This document shows, in pieces, positions 1 to 9,832 of a DNA stretch of 64,000 nt. The notes beneath the pieces were generated by a model. That model did not search any database. It saw only the letters and a program-made list of their open reading frames with translations, and was not told the origin of the DNA. The DNA lies in assembly GCA_963662545.2 (NCBI GenBank), contig CAXXLL010000003.1, positions 736,001 through 800,000 on the forward strand, written 5' to 3'. Within the stretch, counting starts at the first letter, position 1, and every line of letters starts with the position of its first letter. This stretch comes from Gammaproteobacteria bacterium (lineage in GTDB: Bacteria > Pseudomonadota > Gammaproteobacteria > Ga0077536). The position numbers and the translations under genes were made by a program.

Positions 1-417
1 CGCGCGCCAATACGGGAAGGCAGCCAATGAAAAACTCAAGTCGTCCCAAACCTGGGACCGGTAGAGACGTTCCAGCGCCGCTTCTTTCTCGCCGGCGGCG
101 GCTTCGGTCTGGCTCAATTTACGCTCGGTCGCGCTGCGCATTTTACTGCATAGTCGGCGCATCTCGCGTAACTGGTCCGGCGTCACTTCGGCTTGGCGAA
201 GTTCGTCGACGATGGGACCTAGTTCGTTGGCGACGACCACGAACTCCTCGTGGGATGGCAGGGCTTCCAGACGGGACAGCAGCGCCTTCGTCTTGGCGAT
301 CGAATCGGTGCCGATATCGGCAAACACCGGGGTGAACCCGATTAACAGCGCCGCGAACAGGGCGGTTCGCACCAGATGGACGAGGCGCGATCGCAGAGGG
401 CATGCAAACGCGGGCAC
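1..417 (-). CDS. Secreted helical protein, partial (runs off left edge); last visible gene of the exbB-exbD-exbD-vWA operon
   Basis: Not in the ORF track. A GTG at 417 overlaps the TAG of the upstream vWA gene and the frame stays open to position 1: ...LVHLVRTALFAALLIGFTPVFA-DIGTDSIAKTKALLSRLEAL... (signal-peptide-like N-terminus, then helical sequence). Confidence 0.7.
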   Translation of the reverse strand, partial: MPAFACPLRSRLVHLVRTALFAALLIGFTPVFADIGTDSIAKTKALLSRLEALPSHEEFVVVANELGPIVDELRQAEVTPDQLREMRRLCSKMRSATERKLSQTEAAAGEKEAALERLYRSQVWDDLSFSLAAFPYWRA

Positions 418-1538
418 TATAGGATATCCAGCAGCGCCTGCATTTCGTTGGCGAACCGGTCGCCCATGATGAGGGTGATGAGCCGCTTGGTGAGCTTTAT
501 CTCGCCGTCCAGCGTCGCGGCGTCCCCCATGCCGGCTTCGCCAATGACGAGGAAAGAATGCATGGGCGCGGCCCGGTACAGGGCCCGGCTGACCTTGCGC
601 CCGACCTTGGCCTCGAGCAGATGGGGATTGGCCTGGTCGCTGACGTCGAGCGTTGACACCGTTCCGCCCAAGCGCCGGAAGCGCTCGACAATCCTGACCA
701 CCGTTTTCAACTGACTCTCTTTCATCGGCGCATCGCCGATGACGATGATGATCTTGCGGGCGCCCAGCCGCCATCCTGAAAGTTCCACGGCGTCCTTCAA
801 GCCCGCGTCGATCGCCTCGAACCAGTCGCCGCCGCCTTTCGCTTCGAGCGAATTCAAAAACCGGTGCAGTTTTCCGGTGCTGTAGGTCAAGGGTTGAACG
901 CGGGTCAGGAATTCCGGATCGTCGCGATCGCGGTAAGCCACGAACCCGAAGCGCGCGATCGGGACCAGTGAGCGCACGATCTGCGCGATATCCGCGATTC
1001 GATCCTTGACCTCGTCGAGTACCCAGCCCATGGAACCGGTGGCGTCGACCGCGAATACGACGTCGAGACCCGCTGCCCTCAGGCCGGCGATGTAGGCAGC
1101 AAAACGCGCCGTACCGTCGCCGAGACCGTTGCCGATGCCGGTCTTGAAGCCGCCGAAACCACTGCCCTGACTCAAGGGCATAGTGGCCAGTCCCGAGGCC
1201 ACTTCGATCCCCTGAAAACCGCCGGACTGGGCTTTCAGGGCAAGGGTGACATCCGGCGGCGGCGGTGCAACGGCTTTCGGCGCGATCAGTATTTCGGGCG
1301 GGTCGAGTTCCAGGTCCTCCTCGAATTCGAGCTGATCTTCGGGCGGCGGCGGTTTTTCGATCAGGGGTTCAGGAGGCGCGTCGATGACGATTTGCGCTTC
1401 TTCGTCCGGGATCGGCAGTGGCGCCAGCGGTTCAATTTGTCGGCCGACCTGCCACGACACGATGGCATGAATAACGCTCGAGAACATCAGCAGCGTCAGC
1501 CACAGGCCCATGCGCTTCGGTGATGCCAAATGGAGCAT
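417..1538 (-). CDS. Membrane-anchored vWA domain protein with a TonB-like Pro/Glu-rich linker
   Basis: N-terminal TM (GLWLTLLMFSSVIHAIVSW), Pro-rich linker (PPEPLIEKPPPPED), Gly-rich segment, vWA MIDAS DATGSM and IVIGDAP. Start moved to ATG 1538 to avoid overlap with exbD. Confidence 0.85.
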   Translation of the reverse strand: MLHLASPKRMGLWLTLLMFSSVIHAIVSWQVGRQIEPLAPLPIPDEEAQIVIDAPPEPLIEKPPPPEDQLEFEEDLELDPPEILIAPKAVAPPPPDVTLALKAQSGGFQGIEVASGLATMPLSQGSGFGGFKTGIGNGLGDGTARFAAYIAGLRAAGLDVVFAVDATGSMGWVLDEVKDRIADIAQIVRSLVPIARFGFVAYRDRDDPEFLTRVQPLTYSTGKLHRFLNSLEAKGGGDWFEAIDAGLKDAVELSGWRLGARKIIIVIGDAPMKESQLKTVVRIVERFRRLGGTVSTLDVSDQANPHLLEAKVGRKVSRALYRAAPMHSFLVIGEAGMGDAATLDGEIKLTKRLITLIMGDRFANEMQALLDIL

Positions 1539-1543
1539 AGGTT

Positions 1544-1993
1544 TTACTCCGCGTCCAGCCTGCGTTGCGTGACGAGGACGAACTGCAGGACCCCAGCCTC
1601 CGACGAGGTTTTCATGATCTCGGACAGGGTTAGTGCGTTCACTTTCAAGTCCGCATGTATCTTGAGGCGCTCGTGACCGGTGACCTTGGACAGCTCGACC
1701 TTGAGTTGGTCCCACGTCACCGGCCGGTTTTCGAACCGCATGGAACCATCTTCTTTGACACTGACCGTCGGAATATGTTTCGCGGGCTCGGCGTCGTTGG
1801 TCGAAAACGGGGGCGTGACGTCATAGTCCGGCTGCAGGTTACCGGCGATCATGAAATACAGCAGCAACAGAAAAATGATGTTGATCATCGGAATGACGTT
1901 TTCCTGCTGCGTCGCACGGTTCCCCACCGCGCGATTGCGGAGCTCCTGGTAATCCGATGATTTTCTGTTGCGTCGCGTCATGGTGGTCCCCAC
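1544..1993 (-). CDS. exbD: ExbD/TolR family biopolymer transport protein
   Basis: NVIPMINIIFLLLLYFMIAG TM motif (Asn in place of the usual Asp); C-terminal IHAD...V motif. Confidence 0.85.
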   Translation of the reverse strand: MGTTMTRRNRKSSDYQELRNRAVGNRATQQENVIPMINIIFLLLLYFMIAGNLQPDYDVTPPFSTNDAEPAKHIPTVSVKEDGSMRFENRPVTWDQLKVELSKVTGHERLKIHADLKVNALTLSEIMKTSSEAGVLQFVLVTQRRLDAE

Positions 1994-1998
1994 CTCGC

Positions 1999-2421
1999 CT
2001 ACTCGAAACGCCTCGCCGCCGACAGCGAGATATTCATGATGTCGTATTGATTGAAGAGATCCATGACCTCGACTGCGTCCTGCAGTATGACGTCCTTATC
2101 GACGGCGAGCAGTACCCGGGTCTTTTCCACCTCTACAATGCGCGAGGCGTAAGCCCGCAGCTCGTCCATGCTACTGGCCCCGCCGTTCAACCAAATCGAA
2201 CCATCGGCGTGCATTTCGACGCCGATCAACGCGAGATCGGTCGACGCATTATTGCTGCCGGCCGAATGCGAAAACTCGATCGCGCGCGGTCGCAGAAAAT
2301 TGGTCTGCAGCATGAAAAATATAAGCAGAATAAACACCACGTCGACCAGCGGGGTGAGCGACATCTGTCCCGAGCGCCGATGGCGCCGCATGGGCATAAT
2401 CGCCTGGCGGGAGGCCTCCAA
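1999..2421 (-). CDS. exbD: ExbD/TolR family biopolymer transport protein
   Basis: SLTPLVDVVFILLIFFML canonical motif; LAVDKDV...VEVMD. Confidence 0.92.
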   Translation of the reverse strand: MEASRQAIMPMRRHRRSGQMSLTPLVDVVFILLIFFMLQTNFLRPRAIEFSHSAGSNNASTDLALIGVEMHADGSIWLNGGASSMDELRAYASRIVEVEKTRVLLAVDKDVILQDAVEVMDLFNQYDIMNISLSAARRFE

Positions 2422-2423
2422 GC

Positions 2424-3083
2424 TCAGCCGTCCTCGCCCAGGGTGAGTACGCGCGTGATCAAATCGGTCACCTCATCGGCGAGAAACTCGAGCCGCGATT
2501 CGAGCAGAGCGTGCATCACGGCAAACGGGATCGCGATCGACAGCCCCACGGCCGTGGTCAGCAGCGCCTCCCAGATGCCGCCCGCGAGCGCTGAAGACTC
2601 GCCCGACGCGCCGGCGCTGACGGCGAGACCCTTGAAGGCATCGATCATGCCGAGGACGGTGCCCAGCAGTCCTAGTACGGGCGCGAGGTAGTAGATCAAT
2701 TCGAGCGGCCGCAAGTTACGCGAATAGCCGCGCAGAAAGGCCGCCGCCCGGCGCAGCAGTTCGTCGTGCAGGATGTCGGGGTCGTGTTCCGACCTCTTCT
2801 CAAGGCCGAAGCGGATGTCCGCGGCGATGGACAGCCGCGATCCGTCGAGCATCTTGAGCGCCTTGGTGTGATCGCCTTGCTGCCAGAGATCGATCGCTTT
2901 ATCCATGCGGTTCATTGCCGCGCGCCCGACACCGGAGAACTGGATGAACTTGATGAGCGCCAATGCGAGCCCCAGCACGGATGCCGCCAGCAGGATGCCG
3001 ACGACCGGGCCGCCGAGCTCGAGCAGAGTCGCGGCGCCGGACAGAATCTCAGTGATCAGGCCCTGGTTTTCTGAAGCTTCCAT
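2424..3083 (-). CDS. exbB: MotA/TolQ/ExbB proton channel protein
   Basis: APVLGLLGTVLGMIDAF and LAGGIWEALLTTAVGLSIAIP motifs. Confidence 0.93.
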   Translation of the reverse strand: MEASENQGLITEILSGAATLLELGGPVVGILLAASVLGLALALIKFIQFSGVGRAAMNRMDKAIDLWQQGDHTKALKMLDGSRLSIAADIRFGLEKRSEHDPDILHDELLRRAAAFLRGYSRNLRPLELIYYLAPVLGLLGTVLGMIDAFKGLAVSAGASGESSALAGGIWEALLTTAVGLSIAIPFAVMHALLESRLEFLADEVTDLITRVLTLGEDG

Positions 3084-3234
3084 ACGGGTTTATTTCAGCC
3101 TTTTTTTTCGCGCGTCTAGCATACCGGATCCGTCAGCCCGACGACGCGTATGATTAACTTTTTAACGATCGTGTCGGCGTGCGAAACAAACCAGCCGATC
3201 GACCGGTGTGCTTCTCAATCCCATGGTAGGTCCG

Positions 3235-3264
3235 AAAAAAAGAGCCGGCGCAAGGCCGGCTCTT
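3235..3264 (-). terminator. Rho-independent terminator after the DUF1302 gene
   Basis: Stem agagccggc/gccggctct followed by a T-run on the minus strand. Confidence 0.8.
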
Positions 3265-3289
3265 GAAGCTGGATTACTGGGGTATCGAT

Positions 3290-5644
3290 CTAGAAGTAAT
3301 AAGTCATGCGAAGGAAGATTTCGTCCGCAAAATCGATCGTCTCCATGATATCGTCGTTTTCGTCACCGCCGTCCTGGACGAGGTTGGCGTAGAGATCCCA
3401 CTGCCAGTTGGCGGCCGGCCGGTAACGGAAACCGGGTTGTATGAAGTAGCCACCCTCGACGTCGATCAGTACGGCGAAGTCAAAACGCCAGATCAGGTTC
3501 GGGAACGGCTGCTGGAAAGCGAACACGACGTAATCGGCATTGTCGCTACCCTTCGGCTTTGCCGCGTCCTCAATGAACGCCGCCGGCGTGAAATCACCCG
3601 TCACCGGATCGATGAACGTATCGAAATCCACGCTCTCCGTACCGCTCAGGTGACGCCCGAAGAGGTCGGACTCGGTGCGGTGCATCCACTGGAAAACCAT
3701 GTACATCGAGGGAAAAGCCGCCGTCCAACGTTGGTATTTCTCGAAGATGAGCGCCGATACGACTTCGGTCTTCTCGATGAACTTGAAGCTAAGCCCCAAG
3801 TCCGTGAACTTCTTGTTCGGCGTGACCGACACTTCACCGCGGATCAGGAGTTGATCGAAGATCGAATTCGGATCCGTGTTGACGAGGTAGTTCGCGCCGA
3901 CCGCGAGGACGTGTTCACGCTTGAATTCGCGTGTGACCCAGGCGCGGAAAGCACCGAAGGAACTGTGGAAGCCTTCGACCGTGCGCAGGGCGTCGACGAC
4001 GTTGCGTTCCTGGCCGAAACCGAATATTTCGCGGGTGGCCCATTGGTCTGCCGGCCATTCGTCAACTACAACGCGGAGCGCCTTCATCGGGTCGAGGCGG
4101 CCGCGATTGACGAGATGAAAAAACTCGGTCGAGTTCGCCGCGATCGGATCGGGCGACAGCGGCGTACCACAATACCCAGTCGCCGTTCCAGGAGCATGGT
4201 CCGGCATATTCGGTATCGCGCCACCGAAAAGAGTGCTCACATCAGCTTTGCCGTTGGGCAAAACCCCCAATCCGGCAAATAATCCACTACCCCCCGCGGT
4301 TTTGTCCGCAAGACCCTTGAGGATGTTATTCGTGTCGTTAAAGGCACCCAGGCAGAAGCGGTTTTCGGTACCCGCGTGAACGCTTGGGGCTTCGGCATAG
4401 CGCGCCACACCGTCCGGGTTGCGGCGGTTGGTGTACATGAATAGGGCCGTGAAGTAATCGGTTAACGGCATCGTCAAACGGAAGCCAAAATTGATCGCGC
4501 CCCGGGCATCGTTGAACTCGTCGCGCTCGTTCAGGGTGACGCCGGCACCGATGACGCTGTAGGGCGAGTTAATCGCTGGCAGGATAGTCGGCGACCACAT
4601 CTGTGCAAATGCATCCAGTTCCCATTCGTTCTTGAACGTGTAGCTCAAGCGGATAGCGGGCGAAGCAACACGCTGGTCCGAGTATTCTTCGGCACCGGGA
4701 CCGAGGGTCAAGTGACGGCGCAGGTCGAGGCCGTTGGCGACGTCCATGACGCGGAAGAAATAGGCCTCGCCCCAGGCGATGGTCTGGTTACCGACGCGGA
4801 TCCACAGGGGCCCCTTGTTGTAGTCGATATAGGCGGCCGGGATGTCGACGATGAAGTTCGGCGAATTCCATTCCGCGAGCTGACCGCTGGTACCCCAGTA
4901 GGGGTTTCCATAGTGATCGGAGATCTGACCGTCGGTGAAACTCGACGAGCCGTCGAAGTAGGTACGGATCTTCATGTAGCCCGCCCAGTTCTTGTTGAAA
5001 CGGGCCTGGATGTCGACTTCGAGGCGGGAGTTGAAGGTATTGAAGTTGATGTCGTCGTTGAGCCCTTCGCCCTGCACGCTGCGGCCTACCCCAACTGCGG
5101 CGGCGCCCACGGCGCCATTGTTACCGGGCACAAAGAACGAACCAGCACCGGTCAAGGTACCACCAGCGCCGAGTCCGCCGGAGGGACACAACACGCCACG
5201 GAATCCTGGGATATTCGTCGAACCAAAGACGCCTGAGAGTCCTCCCGATCCCGCATTGATCGCATTCTGACTGCCGAACCGGCAGTTGACAGGCGAATTG
5301 GTGTTGGCTCCCGCCTTGATAAAAGCTGCGCCCGCGTTAAATACGCCACCTTGGAAACCACTAGTCGCGTTTATAAACGACGTGGTATCCGCGTCCGCAT
5401 TCGCACCCGTGCCATACGCGGCATGCGTGTAATTCGGTACGATCCGGTTGTTGAACGTTGATCCCATCGAGTTCAACTCATTGTTGTTCGCCGCGATGCT
5501 GTAAGCAATTTCCTCGCGGAAAAAACCCGTAATATTCCAGTCGATGGCCGACACGGCGCCTGCAAACAGGACGCTGGAGGCCACACCCCCAGTCATGAGA
5601 ATGCGTGCGATTGCGTGCTTGATCACTCCCGCTCTCCTCTTCAA
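3290..5644 (-). CDS. DUF1302 family outer-membrane beta-barrel protein (AupA-like)
   Basis: Signal peptide; RVGNQTIAWGE, DVANGLD motifs; amphipathic beta strands; C-terminal aromatic (RMTYYF); adjacent to BNR and RND genes. Confidence 0.8.
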   Translation of the reverse strand: MKRRAGVIKHAIARILMTGGVASSVLFAGAVSAIDWNITGFFREEIAYSIAANNNELNSMGSTFNNRIVPNYTHAAYGTGANADADTTSFINATSGFQGGVFNAGAAFIKAGANTNSPVNCRFGSQNAINAGSGGLSGVFGSTNIPGFRGVLCPSGGLGAGGTLTGAGSFFVPGNNGAVGAAAVGVGRSVQGEGLNDDINFNTFNSRLEVDIQARFNKNWAGYMKIRTYFDGSSSFTDGQISDHYGNPYWGTSGQLAEWNSPNFIVDIPAAYIDYNKGPLWIRVGNQTIAWGEAYFFRVMDVANGLDLRRHLTLGPGAEEYSDQRVASPAIRLSYTFKNEWELDAFAQMWSPTILPAINSPYSVIGAGVTLNERDEFNDARGAINFGFRLTMPLTDYFTALFMYTNRRNPDGVARYAEAPSVHAGTENRFCLGAFNDTNNILKGLADKTAGGSGLFAGLGVLPNGKADVSTLFGGAIPNMPDHAPGTATGYCGTPLSPDPIAANSTEFFHLVNRGRLDPMKALRVVVDEWPADQWATREIFGFGQERNVVDALRTVEGFHSSFGAFRAWVTREFKREHVLAVGANYLVNTDPNSIFDQLLIRGEVSVTPNKKFTDLGLSFKFIEKTEVVSALIFEKYQRWTAAFPSMYMVFQWMHRTESDLFGRHLSGTESVDFDTFIDPVTGDFTPAAFIEDAAKPKGSDNADYVVFAFQQPFPNLIWRFDFAVLIDVEGGYFIQPGFRYRPAANWQWDLYANLVQDGGDENDDIMETIDFADEIFLRMTYYF

Positions 5645-5953
5645 AATGCAATTGATCTTCTCTAGAACCCCAGTAGTACTCGGACGACAATCATATTGTT
5701 GTTTGTCTGGTACACAATAGGCCGTACCACCGGCATCCCGGCGATGGGCTTATTAGCGCCCATTCAGGCAGGAATGTCAACGGTTCCAAGCGGTCTCAGT
5801 GGGCTGTGCGCAGCGCGTAAAGACGGCCGATTGTTGTATCGTCGCAACGTTTTTAACGACGAGGGCGGCACCTCCCGTCTTTGAGTACTGCCGCGGCACC
5901 AGGACGGACCGCCACAGGGGCACGGAAACTGCTGAAATCCTCGGGATCGCGGG

Positions 5954-6979
5954 CTATTTGAGGACGCGGGCGATGGTGCCCTGATGTCCCACGATGTAGA
6001 TGATCTGCTGGCGCAGGAAGCCCTTGTTGCCGGCCTTGGATTCGGTCACACCCGCATCGACGGCCTGAAACCACGTGCGGATGATTTTGTGATCTCCGGT
6101 GGCCGTGAAGCTCGCGCCGTCGTCGCTGCTGCGGAGCAGGGTACGGATCCCGCTCGCCACCACTTCACTGTTGCCCGCCCAGACACCGAGCAGGTTCGTC
6201 TTGACGCCGACGTCCAGGCGCTCCCAGGTCAAGCCGTCATCGGAGGTTTTCAGCATCAGCCCTTCCTGGCCGACCGCGTAGCCGGTATGGCTGCCGTCGT
6301 TGGCAAGGCGCATGGCGAATACGGACTCGTCGCCCCTGTCCACGTCACGCCAGGTGTCGCCGTCGTCCTCGGAGCGCAGGATGAGACCGAATTCGCCCGC
6401 GACCATCAAGGTGCCGTCGTCGGTCACGATCGCGTCGTAGAGGTGCGGCTCGTAGCCTTCGTCGTTGTACTCCATCCAGTCGATCGTGAGCGGCTCCCAG
6501 GTTTCACCGTGGTCGCGCGAGCGCGCGAGGAACCCGAACTCGCCGACCACGAGGGCGAAACCCGATGGGTTCATGGCGACGTTCAGTAGGCGCACCTCGA
6601 TACCGCTATCGATCTCACGCCACTCCTCGCCCTCGGCCCGCACCATGACGATCCCCTTCTGCCCGACGATTATCTGGCGGTTGCCGGCATGCGTAATGCC
6701 GAGCAAAGCCAAGGTCGTCTTCGGCGGCAGCACGGCCCAGTTCAAGCCGCCGTCGGTGGTTTCCAGCATGAGTCCGAAATTACCGACCGCCATGCCCCAT
6801 TCACCGGTCATTTCGAGCCCGAACAAGGCGTCGTGGGGAATGCCGCTGCGAATGACTTCGATGCCTGCTTCGGGGCCGTTCGCTTCCTGCGCGTGCGCGG
6901 AAAAAACGGTCGCCGCGAGGACGAAGAGCAGCGCCGCTTGTCTGCCGAACAAGCGGCCGAGGGTCACTATTTCTTTCAT
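5954..6979 (-). CDS. YCF48-like BNR/Asp-box repeat periplasmic beta-propeller
   Basis: Signal peptide; repeated T/S-x-D-G-G-x-x-W Asp boxes (TTDGGLNW, SRDHGETW, SEDDGDTW, TSDDGLTW). Confidence 0.9.
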   Translation of the reverse strand: MKEIVTLGRLFGRQAALLFVLAATVFSAHAQEANGPEAGIEVIRSGIPHDALFGLEMTGEWGMAVGNFGLMLETTDGGLNWAVLPPKTTLALLGITHAGNRQIIVGQKGIVMVRAEGEEWREIDSGIEVRLLNVAMNPSGFALVVGEFGFLARSRDHGETWEPLTIDWMEYNDEGYEPHLYDAIVTDDGTLMVAGEFGLILRSEDDGDTWRDVDRGDESVFAMRLANDGSHTGYAVGQEGLMLKTSDDGLTWERLDVGVKTNLLGVWAGNSEVVASGIRTLLRSSDDGASFTATGDHKIIRTWFQAVDAGVTESKAGNKGFLRQQIIYIVGHQGTIARVLK

Positions 6980-7009
6980 TTTATTTGAATCCGAATGGCT
7001 GGAGATCTT

Positions 7010-9439
7010 TCAGGAAGAGTGCTCTCGCTGCGCGCCCATTATTTCCGCAAGTTCGATGTTCTCCGAAACGATGAGGTGTTCGCGCTCGACGAATCGGGGC
7101 TTGAAAATGTAAACCAGCAACGGCAGCACGATCAGCGCAATGACCATATTGATGAGCATGATCATCACGAGCAGCAGCCCCATCTCCGCGAGGAACTTCA
7201 GCTCCGACATGAAATACCAGGGCAGGATCCCGATGAGTACGATGGTTGCGGTAAAGAAGATGGCCTTACCCGTCGTTGTAACGGCGGCTTCGATCGCCTG
7301 TCCGTGATGCTCGCTGTCGCGAAACTCCTCGCAGATCCGGCTCAACAGGTAGATGCCGTAGTCGATACCGACGCCGATGCCGATGGACGCGATCGGAAGG
7401 CTGTTGACGTCGAGGCCGATGTCCATCAAGACCATGACCGATAAGAGCAGCACGTTCGAGAAATTAACCGGGATCAGGAGCAGGATCCCGGCCACAAACG
7501 AGCGGTAAGCAAAACTGCAGGTCAGCAGGATGACGCCGTTGAGCGCCATCAGGATCCACCACTGGTAGGTGTCCACCGTGTCGTTGACGGATTGTTGCAG
7601 GGCGATAGCGCCGGTCCCCAGGCGGATGCGAAAACGGTCCTTGTCGATCCCGATTAACTCGAGAGCGGCACGCGTGTGCATCAGCGCGGTATCGACGGTT
7701 TCCTGTTTGTTGTCCTTGTACCAGAGGGACACGGTGCCGTTTTCCATGGAGAAATCCGTCACGTGCGAATAGGACTTCGGACTCGAGCCGATCATGAGCG
7801 CGTTGACGGCGGCGTTGACCGATACGTCGTTGTAGTCGATCGGGGCCCACTTCGGATTACCGCCGCTGAACAGGCGGTTGGCCTCCGGCAGGTAATCACC
7901 GAAAGACAGGGTTGCCGAAGGCGGCGGATCCTGCGATTCGAGATACCGCTGCAATTGGATCATGGTGCCGATGGGTTCGGCCTGACGCAGGATGCGTTCG
8001 CGCTGCTCGGGGCCTCCGGATTTACCTTCGAAGACGACCTCGAGCGTCATGATGCCCGGGAAGTGGTCGTTGATGGCGCGCACGGCGGTGTTGTAGTCGG
8101 ACGCCACCTTCAACAGGTTGCTGCCCTCGACCGGGTTGCCGACCTTGATCTGCAGGGTCAAATAGAGGCCGACGGCCGCGAGGATTAGCACGACCACCGT
8201 GGTCGCGCGCGCGCGCGCGCCGTGCGACAAAGTCGAGATCATCCGCAGCAACTGGATGATGCGCGTATGCCAGGTTTTGGTCTCGGATTTGCCGATCAGC
8301 GTCGCCACGTTCTTCGGCGCCGGAAACCATGACAACAGGATCGGCGTCAGGAACAAGTTCGACGGTACCAGTATCATCGCCCAGAAACCGCAGAAGATGG
8401 CGAAGCGCTCCATCACGGGGATCGGCGCGATCATGATCAGGAACAAGCCGGCCGCGTCCGTGATGATGCCGAGCACGCCCGGCGCCATCATGACGCCCAG
8501 CGCGAGCTCGGCGGCTTTCCGCCGGTCCTTGATCTCGTAGTAGATCTCGTAGAAACGTTCGATAAACTGCACGCAGTGGCTGAAGGAGCGCGCCACCAAC
8601 AGCAGCGGCACGACCATGATCAAGGGTTCGATCGGATCGCCCAGCCAGCCGACGAAGCCGAAACCCCAGATGGCCGCTACGATACTCACCGCCAGCGGCG
8701 TGACGACGCCCGGAATATTGCGCATATAGACCACGAGCGACAGCAGTAGGGCGCTGGCCGTGATGGCGAAGATCTTCAGCATGTCGACTTCGTACTTGTA
8801 CACCCAGCCGGTCAACATGGGCTGTCCGGCGGCGTAGATTTCGTGACGCTCGTCGGACGCGTTCGCGATCATCTCCTGGATGTATTTGAAAGTTTCTCCG
8901 TAATCGAGCGAAAACTCGATGAAGGTCGCGGTGATGAGGGTCGCCGTTTCGTCTTCACTGATCAGAAAAGTGCGAACGTTGGGCGCCCTATCCACCGCCA
9001 ACCGGAATTTATTGAGTTCTTCCTCGGTTTCCGGCGCCTTGTCGCCCATCAAGGGCTTGAAATCGATGCCGTAGGGTGTCGCCTCGGCCCAGCGTGCCTT
9101 CTCGGTCGTGATCGACAGGATCTGATCGTGGTCGACGGCCGGCGTGAGATCGATGTCGCGCGTCATGTCCCAGACTTTGGCGAGGGTTTCCGCGTTGTAG
9201 ATCGTCCCGTCCTTGACCTTGACCATGATCGTAATGGTCAGGGGGTTGCCGAAGTTGGGGTGGTCTTTATAGGTCTGCACGAAGGGATGGTTCTTCGGAA
9301 AGAGGTCGGAGAAGACAGTGCGCAGTTCTACTTTAGTCAGTCCGACGGCGAAGAACGCAGTGATACCGAAAATAACCGCCGCAACAAGCACGCGATGTTT
9401 CAAGGTCAGCATCGCCAGCGTATAGCGTAAGCCCTTCAT
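7010..9439 (-). CDS. RND superfamily / MMPL family exporter
   Basis: 809 aa with two TM-periplasmic-multi-TM repeats; IGIGVGIDYGIYLLSR and TTGKAIFFTA motifs. Confidence 0.92.
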   Translation of the reverse strand: MKGLRYTLAMLTLKHRVLVAAVIFGITAFFAVGLTKVELRTVFSDLFPKNHPFVQTYKDHPNFGNPLTITIMVKVKDGTIYNAETLAKVWDMTRDIDLTPAVDHDQILSITTEKARWAEATPYGIDFKPLMGDKAPETEEELNKFRLAVDRAPNVRTFLISEDETATLITATFIEFSLDYGETFKYIQEMIANASDERHEIYAAGQPMLTGWVYKYEVDMLKIFAITASALLLSLVVYMRNIPGVVTPLAVSIVAAIWGFGFVGWLGDPIEPLIMVVPLLLVARSFSHCVQFIERFYEIYYEIKDRRKAAELALGVMMAPGVLGIITDAAGLFLIMIAPIPVMERFAIFCGFWAMILVPSNLFLTPILLSWFPAPKNVATLIGKSETKTWHTRIIQLLRMISTLSHGARARATTVVVLILAAVGLYLTLQIKVGNPVEGSNLLKVASDYNTAVRAINDHFPGIMTLEVVFEGKSGGPEQRERILRQAEPIGTMIQLQRYLESQDPPPSATLSFGDYLPEANRLFSGGNPKWAPIDYNDVSVNAAVNALMIGSSPKSYSHVTDFSMENGTVSLWYKDNKQETVDTALMHTRAALELIGIDKDRFRIRLGTGAIALQQSVNDTVDTYQWWILMALNGVILLTCSFAYRSFVAGILLLIPVNFSNVLLLSVMVLMDIGLDVNSLPIASIGIGVGIDYGIYLLSRICEEFRDSEHHGQAIEAAVTTTGKAIFFTATIVLIGILPWYFMSELKFLAEMGLLLVMIMLINMVIALIVLPLLVYIFKPRFVEREHLIVSENIELAEIMGAQREHSS

Positions 9440-9832
9440 ATGCGCTTCCCCCGTCGCCCTGCTGCGTTCCGCCCTAAGGCCGGGCGCAGAGCGTCATTTC
9501 ATTATTCGAAAAAAACGACGCAGCTTTGCGCTGCGTTCCCTCGTGTAGGTTTTCGGCTTCTCGATGGGCCGCCGACCGCACCGGCGACCTTGCCGGAAAG
9601 GGATTATTACAAATTTGACTGCGCGCGTCAGACGCCACCGTTCGGGTATCAAAGGGTGTCTGGAGCATGCGCGAGCGCCTGAATATAGAGGCGCACCGAA
9701 AATCTGTCAACTGCTTAATTTTCATAGCAATCTTCACCTTCGCATCCGTCAAGGGTGCCTTACTAATCGCAAGGCTGCGACGCTACGATCAGGTATCATC
9801 CCGATTATCTTGCCATCGACCGCCTTCAGATC

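Noticed and set aside
3263-4282. 339-aa plus-strand ORF
   Set aside because: Antisense shadow of the DUF1302 gene; no recognisable motifs. The same applies to most short overlapping ORFs in this GC-rich window
5709-5724. Sigma54-like GG-N10-GC motif near the DUF1302 start
   Set aside because: On the plus strand, the wrong orientation for that gene, and a weak match
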